In this document: one piece after another, positions 50,701 to 61,100 of the stretch
Numbering within the stretch: the stretch's first letter is position 1
Layout of the letters: the number at the start of each line of letters is the position of its first letter
Assembly (NCBI GenBank): GCA_977030845.1
Contig: OZ365110.1
Coordinates: 52,266,001 to 52,330,000, forward strand
Source of the DNA: Fimbriosthenelais zetlandica
Lineage: Eukaryota
Length of the DNA: 64,000 nt
Direction of reading: 5' to 3'
Notes under the pieces: generated by a model
What the model saw: only the letters and a program-made list of their open reading frames with translations
What the model was told of the DNA's origin: nothing
The model's database searches: none
Program-made: the position numbers and the translations under genes

Positions 50701-53700
50701 GGACATTGAAGGAGCTCAGAGTTCGAGAGATCCCACTTATTCCATTCCTCATGAATAGTTCAAAAGCAGAGCTTATTTTTCATAGGTAAAAGTGTTTTTA
50801 AATATATATTTTGTATTGTACTATCTATATCACCACTTCCAGACATTGATTTCCTTCATTTTTCAACATATTTATTCTGATTTAAAACATTATTTACGTT
50901 TCCTTTAGGCTTGCACTCCAAAGGCACATTCACTGTTCACACGTGTTTAAAGCAGGTAAATTGAATGGGATGTGGCCAGTGTGTATTCATACAGATTACA
51001 TACCCAGAAAACCATGTCTCATCTACTCCTTTGGGTAAGAGAAATCCTTTTCCTTTACACCCTAATATCTGTGAATGCATGTATATCTATTTCCATTTTT
51101 GTATTTCTTAAATTTCATCTCTCTGCTTTCCCTATCTAGAATTGGATTTGACTGGAGTTTTGACGATGATGCTTCCCATAGATTCCACTGTGAAGTGCAT
51201 GGCTTTGATCCAACGTGAGACATTTGAATTGTAATACCATTCATGTAACTTATGAAAATTCTAAAGTCTAAACTTCTACAAGCATCCATATGATATTCAA
51301 AAAGCACTTTGTTTTCAGGATGGGAATGGATTCTCATAGGCGACAAAACGGGGTTTACTTTCATGCTATTGGTATCGGTGGACAAGACACTGTCACTCCC
51401 AGGGGCTGGAAATTGAAATCCTTAAAAAACATACGGGCCTCCCTGGGCCACACAACTGTAAGTTTGTTTTATATGACCAACATTTCAAAACGAGTGACAT
51501 AAGTAAATGAGATAAAAAAATAAATTAATCAGATATAAAATTTTTAACTTGAATTATTTCAGGCAATATTGGACTACTTGAAGATAGACGTTGAGTATTA
51601 TGAATGGGAATCCCTTCATTCAATTTTTGAGAACCCAGAGATTCTCACGGACTATACAAAACAGTTAGCTTTAGAAATTCATACCAACAGAGTGTACGCT
51701 GCCAAACCTCATGCTATCATACTGCGATGGTACCAAGGTATTTTAAACCACCTCACAAGATTGGGTTTTCGAAAATGGCATTCACATATGAATTCAGGGA
51801 CCAGTTATAAAACCACCATTAATGGTACAGTGGTATCATGCTGCTATGAGGTGGTATTTATAAACACAAGATTTATCACACAAGGCTTAGAACTATTACG
51901 TTCATCTAAATAGTGAGTAGAAATCATGTGTCAAAATTTATTATGTATTGGTACTTATGATTTTGAAAAATGATTTTAAAAAGATGTATTGTCTGACAGG
52001 GTTTTCCAGCAACTCTGAAAATCAGGGAAAACCTGGAAAATGCGTTTCACTTTTTCCAGACAGGGAAAACTCAGGGAATTGAGAGAGACTGGAAAACTCA
52101 GGGAATTTGAACACTGACTCGGAAGGATAATCTCTCGGAGATTGACGCGTACAATGCCATGCCTGCCACCGACGTTCAGAGTGCTTCATGTGACTAAAAT
52201 ACCTCCTTGAATTTAAGGGCTTACTCAGGGAAAACTCGGGGAATTCTGTTTGCACGAACTGCTGGGAACCCTGATTGAGAAGCGATGTTTATGGTATGGT
52301 TGTTTAACGTCACCTTTCATCAATTTTTCGATGTAATTATGTATCTGTCTCAGGGCCCTTTCATTTTATAACTGTAGTATTTACATTCTTCTGGGAAAAT
52401 CCCATTGGATGACTTAGAATTTAGGTGTCTATTTTTTCTTTACTCATATTTAAACAGGAGTTTGTACAATTTCTCACAAATATCATGGTTTAATAAAAAT
52501 AAATTAGCTTAGGTTAAACAAAAAAATGTCCTTCCTACCTGTCTGAGTTCCTCTAGTTGTGTAGTAGTGAGACAGTCATACCAGGGCTTGTCTTTACGGA
52601 TCACCTCTACCCGAGGAAAACGTAGAGTACATCCTGTCTTAAACTGATCACTCAATGTGATCTCTGCCGCTTTGATCTGAATGAGTAGGGGATAAATATC
52701 ACATTCTGATGCTCTGATACTTCTACTCAGGGTATAATTTGGCTGGTATCGCATCGCATTTTGCGATGCAATTTGAGGTATTTGCGATACAAAATCAAAT
52801 TTCATCGCAATTTCTGCGATACATTTTTGCTGGCAGTTGTCTGTGGTAAAAGAGAAATTGTGATGCAAAAATCACTTGATTGCGATGCAAAATCAACTTG
52901 TATCGCAAAAAATGCGATGCAAGTTTTTCAAACCAAATTACACCCTGCTACTATTTGAATACGTCTTGAAGAACAGATCTAAAAAAAATACCTATATAAG
53001 AACCATCTATTTTCATGATAAAAAATGTTGCGAGGAATTATTGCCTAAAATGATTTATTGGGTAAGAGGAGTCACCTGGAGAATGCAGGAATCAGAGGGC
53101 TTAATCCAAGTGTCTGGACGCTGTTTAAAACCTGATGGCATCTCGAGGAACTGAGGTGGTCTTTTCCTCTCAAAGCGACTCCAAAAGGGGTGAAGTTTCT
53201 TATTAAAATCATACAGTTCCTTCTTACTGTATCCTGACCCCACCTGAAACATGGAGAAGGCTAGAGAAAACAGGCAGGATAGACGGACTACAGGGAGAAA
53301 GGAAGAGAGCTTGATTGGATCCAGTAACCACTGCATCTCATTCCAAATTCCCAATAGTCTCCTCCTTCTCTTCCCCTAAACTTAATTTAACCTCAGTTAT
53401 TGTAATTTACCTTAATGTATGAATGACACAATATTATTGTTCTTGAACTAGATATATTTTTTTTTAATTTACCATATCCACTACTGATCGATGTCTTTTC
53501 TTTTATCTTTTAACTTAATTGTTTTTTGCCTTTGTGGCACAGCTGCGGCCAGAAAAGCAGCATTCTAGGCTGAGGCCAATTGCAGTATAAATATTAAATA
53601 AAAAAAACACAAAAAAACCTGAGAAATGAAAGGGAAGGAAATAGATATGGATAAGGTAAAAGTACCAATTTTGAGAGGATGAACTTATCCAGTTACTTTG

Positions 53701-56700
53701 TAGTAGAATTATTCTTTTATTTTCATGACGCCACACAGGGGAGTGAAAATATTCATCTTACCTTACAGAAGGTTTGAAACTTGGTAGGATGTTCTTCTCC
53801 CTCTTTAGGTGGTACAGCCACAGCACAGAGAAAGTGTGAGAGCATGTCACTCCGATGTCCTGTACCAAAGTAACCACCAACCACCAACACATCCAGCTGG
53901 TCCATGAGGTCACCGGAATACTCGGGTTTAATCTTGTACCAGCCACCTTTCCTCGTGTTAGGTCGGTATGGCGAGTCTGGGTCCTTAACCATGATACCTT
54001 CCTCTCTATTGTCTATAGCATCATTCAAGGCATCCACACAATCTTGACTAAAAGAGAGGAAACCATTTGTATTGTTACTTTTGGAACCTCCGAGTAGTGA
54101 ACACCTTATTCATGAGTTGTTTAAGTAACATATCAGTACAGCATTATAGTGAAAGCATTTTCTAAATCAACAGAATGTTAGCTAGATTCTTTACTGTACA
54201 TGATTTGTTAATCTTCGCTGAAATATACAACGAAATGTTCACTAAAGGTTAGATGGGAGAATAATATACTTACTTAGTCTGGCACTCCTTGTACTCGGAG
54301 ATGACCAATGTCCCTTCTTCAGGCTCAAACACATCAGTCATGAGTTTTTTCCTTTCACGGAGAGGCAGGTTAGAGAGAACCTTGTCATTTATCATGAGAA
54401 CATCAAAGACACACAGCATGGGAACGTACCCCACCAGGTTAGTCGACTTGATGTCAAAGTTCTCTCCCTTAGAACCTGAAAAATTCAACAAGGCTAAGAT
54501 TGTATAATATTCCTATTTTGAAAAGGGTTCCGGATATGCACGGAAATTAATTTGAAATTATACTTTGTACTAGGTAATACATGATAAGTCAGTTATATTT
54601 GATCGAGGGATTTAAAATAACACGTATGATTTATCTAGGCTTATATAATGTGTAGGTGATTTAAGGCATTTATATATTTAAGTTTATTTTAAATGCCTTA
54701 AACGTTTAGAAAAATATCAATTATTAGGCCCTTAGTCAACCATGGAATACTTTAACCACCCGTGAACCTAATGACATCTGATGTAAGGCTATCAGGAGTT
54801 TTTATTTATTTAGTCAAACCTACCCATGAGCTTTGTTTCTGGGTCAAATCCAACCATTTCTCCGTCGATAATACAGGACTTGATAGAGTCTTTAAAACAG
54901 CGGTGAGCGCGACCCGTGAAGTTACCACAGTACTCGTCAGTCCCGTACGTATGTGTATAGTCATGGCCTCTGAAATGTATCAAATATATCAATAAGAAAT
55001 GTCTGTAAAGCCGGGACTCCACTGCTGCAATTTAGTTTGCGACACGTCTGCGACAAAGGTGATTCTTGTGTTTCAATGATAAATTTACCATTGGAGGACG
55101 GCCTTAAGGCCTTGGACACTTGAACCACAATTTATGAATTTTATTCTTACACAACTTCACAAGCATCACCTTTGTCGCAGTAGTGTCGCAAGCAAAATCG
55201 CAGCAGTGGAGTCCCGGCTTAAGGTATATATTTACACACAGTCACAGGGATATTATTTTTTTGAGTGTGCATTCATACCCTCTTGTGAAGAACTTGTATT
55301 CTCCGTCTTTCTTGTGTAACTGCATTCTTTCACCGTCAAACTTGGTTTCAATGAAGAAAGATTTGTTCTCCATGGTTTTCTCCATCTGAAAAACAAAGCG
55401 ATCTCCATTGAGGAATCCTTTATTTGGAGATGTCTAAAGTCGTGACTTCGGGATTTTAACAAGTGAAAAGAATTAAAGTGATAAAAAGATGCCCCTTACC
55501 TTTGAGGCTGAGCCTCTATCACCAAGCATCGGACGGAATGGTGAGAAGAGAGAGACCTCTATCTCGTGCATCCTTATATTTGGATCGTGCAGCATTTTAC
55601 ACACCTAAAAACAATACGGGATTCAACATATATTCAATATTATAATTAACATAAAATGATGTTACGATGTTTTTTAGCTGCCATGTAAATTAGGCACTCA
55701 TGAGTGAGGCTGCCTAATTCCAGACCCTGTGGGTCAGATAACTATTATTTGTGAGAATAATTTGTGTACAAGACCTGATGCAAAGCTTCAGATGTGTTAG
55801 CCAAGCCATGATTATAAGTACCGTTCCCCTTTACTGATTGCAAATTTCATTATGGGGGAACTTCACCTACCCCCTCCCCCACCCCACCCCTTCAGTTTCT
55901 TTGAGATCAATATACAGACAATGTTTAGAATGAGATAAAGTAGTGACTATCACTGACCGCCTGTAAGCTCATCTTGACGTTAAACAGATCCTCCGCATCC
56001 TGGTGGAAGACGGCCAGGATAGACTGCTGACTCAGTCCCACCTTCAACTCCTTCATGATCATTCTGATCAACCACTTCTGCTCTGCTGCAGACATGTTCC
56101 GCAACATGTGCAACAAATTCTGCCAAAGAGAAAATATGTCAAATTATAGGCCTACCGGGTGGTAGCGGTAAATTAAATCACTGTTTAAATATCTACCAGT
56201 ACTGAGATAAGAAGCTGAGAACAAGTACATGATCCTTCAGGGGTGTGTGAAAACTTTGGATCAAAGGATCATTCTAGAAAGATTGTCTCTTACCTTCCTG
56301 GTACCATCTTTTTTCTTTTCAGCATGACTGGTAGCTACGCCATCTAATGCCTTGTTTACATCCTCCACCGTCAGAGTTCCTTTTTCGGGACATCTAGATT
56401 TCAGGACCCAGTACGCTACATTAGCAAAGTCCCCAGCATCCTACAATAGGGCAGAAAGGGGTAGGCCTACCATTTTAATAGTTTTCTTTAGTTACTCTTA
56501 TTTTTTCTTTACTGGACATGCCACAATGGAGTTTGCCTATTATGTGGTAAACGTAACATTAATTTTTTTTAAATATTCTGTATTTTTGACCATATAAAAG
56601 AAAAGCAAACAGGCCTATTAAGACTAGGCCTATACGCTACTCACCCCTCTTGATCCTTTAGGAGCACGATAGTTTAAAAGTTTATTAGCGGCTGGGCTGT

Positions 56701-57177
56701 CTTTGCCCAACCCTAGAATCTCTATGTAGAGTTTGGCAAGTGTATGTTCCTTGATTCCATAAGCTTCCCTTTCTTTTTCAAGTTGTGGAAGAAGAAGACG
56801 CATGGCCGGGTAGAAGGAATCTTTCTGAAATGGTAAATAGTAAGCAAATTTCACCTTTTATATATTATGGCCTAGGCTTTAGCCCCTGTACCCCTACTGA
56901 TAATATGGGCTGTGAAATAACTCACAAACATTAATAAAGTTAAAAGTGGGAATGTACATGTACATACATCACTTTTGTCATCTCCATGAGTATTCCTGTG
57001 AACATCTCTCCACATGTCGATGAAGGACTTCAAAACCTTCCTCTTTTCTTCATTACCACTGCGCTTAGATATCTTTTCCAGTAAGTTGCATAGGTCAGCG
57101 AATGGGACTTTGGAAGCAACGGAATGCATTACGTCCTCGCTGTTTCCTGCTGTATCAGTTACCTTATCGGCCGACAT
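47747..57177 (-). CDS. LIG4: DNA ligase IV (18 coding exons, ~931 aa)
   Basis: Exons 57177-56968, 56824-56645, 56440-56294, 56119-55958, 55604-55500, 55385-55279, 54969-54824, 54475-54274, 54047-53762, 53243-53076, 52676-52539, 49803-49648, 49356-49239, 48998-48866, 48775-48637, 48482-48388, 48274-48122, 47897-47747 (2796 nt, open frame). Motifs: [25 protein letters not shown], catalytic [30 protein letters not shown], and two C-terminal BRCT domains. Confidence 0.97.
48556..48628. mobile_element. Half copy (one TIR end) of MITE family C in LIG4 intron 15
   Basis: Matches 23283-23357 (CCGCCCGCCCCCAAAATATTTAGACCTATTTTGTCCGCGAACCAAACAATTAAAAAATGTGGCC), followed by TTA. Confidence 0.9.
50286..51913 (+). 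CDS. METTL24-like / Methyltransf_22 (FkbM-like) methyltransferase with an N-terminal signal anchor, 6 exons, ~355 aa; nested antisense in LIG4 intron 11
   Basis: Exons 50286-50456, 50580-50785, 50909-51034, 51140-51214, 51319-51457, 51563-51913; phase-consistent, 1068 nt. Motifs: [58 protein letters not shown]. Orthology to METTL24 is not proven, so no symbol is given. Confidence 0.88.
51997..52273. mobile_element. hAT-like non-autonomous element (277 bp)
   Basis: TIR CAGGGTTTTCCAGCA / TGCTGGGAACCCTG and internal repeats of AAAACTCAGGGAATT. No intact 8-bp TSD seen. Confidence 0.75.
52728..52947. mobile_element. MITE family E (220 bp, CAGGG ends, 5-bp CTACT TSD) in LIG4 intron 10
   Basis: TIR CAGGGTATAATTTGG / CCAAATTACACCCTG, subterminal TGCGAT(G/A)C repeats in both orientations, and CTACT on both flanks. 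Confidence 0.85.
55009..55219 (+). mobile_element. MITE family A copy 3 (211 bp) in LIG4 intron 6
   Basis: Near-identical to 6788-6998, with a perfect TAA/TAA target-site duplication. Confidence 0.93.
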
Positions 57178-58152
57178 GGTAAGGACTGTTCCAGTTCCAC
57201 GATTTTCTCAAAGCACTCAATGTTTATATGCTTGTTGGTATATCAGGAACTTCATTTATATGGAAAACTGGGAGTTTTCGGGGAAGTATTACCTCTTCAT
57301 CACGCAAGATGTGTTTATGTCGGCCATGTTGGTCCGTTGTAACGGCTGGCGTGGGTACAACTCTCACTGTTTTTACGTTGGTTCCTTCATTCTCCGATGG
57401 TGGCGCCACGCGCCTGGGGCTACGGATAAAGAAAGGATCCAAAATTCCCTTTTACATCTCTAATAGGCAGATAGGCAGATTTATTATTAATTAACAACGT
57501 TTCCTTGATGTATGCATAGAGCTGTCTTCTTTTCAAGGCCTTAATTTAAGATGTCTCCTTTTGGGGGGGAAATATTTCATTAGACACCGTCTGTACCAAA
57601 ATGGCGGACAGGCGCTTACTTCGAAATATTTACAACTAAATTCTACCCGGTATAGAAGTTTATTGAGGTAAATATACTATAAGTTTACTAAATAATGAAG
57701 TATTGGCACTGTGTGATCATAATTACACAGAAATACGTATATTTTACTTGTAATAGATAAGAAATCAAGTGAAATTAGGCCAAAGTGTACGTAGAGATGT
57801 AAACGCTGGGTTGTTCACGAGTTGCCCGTCCTGACATGTTTTGATGGTTCCCGGACCCAGCTTGTCCCAGGCCAAGGAAAAACACATGTGCAGAAACTAG
57901 TAACTGCCTAACATTGACTAAATCTCCCCTATTTTTCAAAAAAGAAGTACTACGGGTAGATTACTTTTTTTCTAGAAGTAAAACTAAGGAAATATAGTAG
58001 GCAAAGCCTAACAAATCAAATCATGCAATCGACTAACTTGTTCTGAGCCCTAGCCTAGCCCTAGGCCCTCGCCGTCCTAGGATAAAAATGGTAATGGTTT
58101 TCTGAATATTAAGAATGTATTACCTTTGCTTTGAAGGAAGAACTGCTGCAAG
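57178..58152. promoter_or_regulatory. Probable bidirectional promoter / 5' UTR region between divergent LIG4 and SPICE1
   Basis: The start codons are 975 bp apart and head-to-head. There is a YY1-type CAAAATGGCGG at 57597-57607, and a likely SPICE1 5'-UTR intron (GAG|gtaaat at ~57669 to ctttgaag| at ~58136). Confidence 0.55.
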
Positions 58153-61100
58153 ATGTCCTTTGTGCGGGTGCCGAGGAGAACTACCAAGGCGGGTTCCCAT
58201 TCGAGGAAACGTCCCAAGAAGAAACCTGAGTGGGATGTGAGTGTCCTCAGTGAATTTGATGCTCATTGTGTATTTTCCAGTTGTCGGCTTATCCTCATGT
58301 ATAAAATAACTATAATTTTTACCTTCTTGTTTTCTAGGATACCAACACAGACTTGACTGTCTATAAGGCAACTCCAGAGGAAGTGGTAAGTCAATTTTCC
58401 ACTTGCCGGTATTTCAATTCAATTCAATCATCTTTATTGCGGACACATGACATAAATCATAATAATATACAGGTCCATATGTTCTTGAGACTAGAAAAAC
58501 AATAGAGTAAACATTATATCTCTAATAATTAATTTATTAATACACAATTCATTCTTATGTATTTATTGAAATTAATCTCTATTATTTAGAATAGAAGGAA
58601 AGTCGTTCACCAGTCAAAGAATGTTGACCTCGTCCAGGCAGACAAACTAACTAAAAAGATAAATAGAGGTAAGATAATTCTTTTTGCACCTGATATCACA
58701 AGGTCCTTTCAAATTTTCTTATTGTGTGTTTTGATTCAGCTGTCAGATTGATCAAAACCTTAGACTATTCATTTTTGTTATTTTCCTACCAGCTCGATCG
58801 AGACAAAATGCACCGGATAGTGCCAAGAAGAAACAAGTGCCTTTACTACGTGAAATGCTGTACGATGAGAACCAGGTGAGGGGACGAATCGCACTGAAGA
58901 TTCCCGAAGATACCTTGAAGTAAATTATCTTTAACACAACTATATTTACCAGAGCACCCATTTTCTATCCTTGTGATGTGTTTCAGCTGAGAGATGTGCT
59001 GGCTAAATCGGACAGGGCCATGTCTGTAGTGAGAGACATGTTTGGTGATGACCCGAAGGTAAATTTATTTTCTGGTCCTTATTTTAATGATCCGTCACTC
59101 TTGAATTAATTATCGGTGTCCAGTCTAAAATCAGAATATTGTACCATCCTCTCCTTACCGCCCCTAATTCCGGTGACATTTTAAATTATATATTGTACAG
59201 AGATACAGGGGTCTACCCAGTGTGACAATCGCGCCTAATCTGGCCGCACTAGATGGGTAAGCAAGTTTTTTCTTACATTTTCTTCATTCTACAGGAATTT
59301 TAAGACGAAAAAGAATTGTCTCACATCTTTTGCAATGGTTAAAGGCAATAGTTATACTCATTAATGACTATATTCTTGTACAGGTCTCTTCCTACCGGCT
59401 TGACCCTAGAAGGGCCCTCAAAGCTTGATGTTCTCAGTGACACAGTCATGGACAAATCAGCTCTCAATGATGTGAATCGACCAGACACAGACACAGACGG
59501 TATACCTACACACTTTATCTTTTATCATTTGCGTTCAGTAATCATGAGCCTAAGTTTAGTTGGTGTGAAATGCAAAAGTATCATGTCGATCCCTGATGTT
59601 CAGCTATGTCTTTCCCTCCTAATGATTTATAATATATCTCATATTTATCAAAGATGATGCCGATGGTGCCGATTTACAATATAAACCTGTGCTGGACTTG
59701 AAGCGTTTCCGTCAGTTTTTGGAGGCGGAGCAGGAGCAGGCTAAACGTGATGACCAGCTGACGAAAGCTAAAGATGCTCAGGCCGTGGCTAAACGACTAG
59801 AGGCTCAGATGGCCCTCCTCGGGCTTAACACTCCCGATTCCGGTACTTTTTGCAGCGATTTCTTTTCTTTAAAAAATCTGATAATTTCAAAGATATTTCG
59901 GGTATCACATGGTAATTGATTGGACCCTTTTGAATTGAAAACTCAATTTTGTATTAAAATATTAAGAGATAAAACCCTGTTATAGAAATTACATCTAAAC
60001 AAAATTGATTTCCTAATACTAGTAATAGTGCTAAAATTGTGCTTTATGACATGATTAAAATAAATGATTATTCTTGTATGTAGCTGGAGGAGGGGATTTA
60101 GCTGCCTCACCACCAGATGGGAGTTTCCTGGGAGACAAGACCCCAACTCAGACGCCCAGGATGAAAGCTATGAATGATACAGAGAAATGTGAGAGAACAC
60201 GGTCCCGCTTGACACATTCAGCCGGTGATAGACCTGCTAATGACGCTGGTGATCACTCCAACACGCTCTCACAAACTACAGGCAGTACCAGTTACAACAT
60301 GGACGATCTGAAAAGAGTAAGAAACCAATTATGATTATTTAACTTGAAACCAATCCCGTGCCCGGTACTCACATTTCCATGAGTTGTATGAAGAGGAAAC
60401 TTTGGCTACATTCGTCTGAGTTGAAGATGTCTAAATGAAAGCTTGCCTGTTCAGAATTTCACTGGTCCAGACTCCTCCTTCACTCCTTTCCTCACAGAAT
60501 CCACAACACTTGAAAATCGTTTGCCGAGACGTCTAAGATTAAAAAAATTATTGACGCAGAAGTCATAACATTAAATCGAGATTAATTTAGCAAATTATGT
60601 TCAAAGTGTACGGTGTATAATAATGGGTATAGTTTATACATTAAGACTTGGTATTGTTGTAGGTATTAGAGACGTTGGAAGGTAACCTCGCAGCATATGA
60701 ACGTCAGACTGGGAGGGTGGAGGAGGCCCCCCGTACTCACCCTGAGAGCTTCTCTGGATACACCATGTCTCTAGTCAATGCCGTCAGCAAACTCACCGTC
60801 TATCTCAAAGAGGTCAGCCATTTCTTCTCATTTTACCTGTTCCCCCCAATATATTTAATATATTCAGACATGAAAAATATGTAACATAAGTAAGGATAAT
60901 TCTGACGTTTCTCTCCAAAATATATGGAAATCCCTATATTTTACTTTAAAATGTTGTATAGACAAAAATTTTTTTTGTTCAGAGTGAAGCCAGACTGAGG
61001 GCTGAATGTACATTACGGGAACAACTGACAGAAGACGTAGAGCAGTTGAATGCTGTCATTGACACATTGACTACGGTGAGAATGACTACAATGTTCAATA

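Noticed and set aside
57224-57442. 72-aa ORF just upstream of LIG4 as a uORF or small gene
   Set aside because: It begins at TTG, has no in-frame ATG and shows no recognisable homology.
57014-57494. Plus-strand ORFs overlapping LIG4 exon 1 and the promoter
   Set aside because: Antisense shadows of coding or GC-richer sequence; no domain or splice support.
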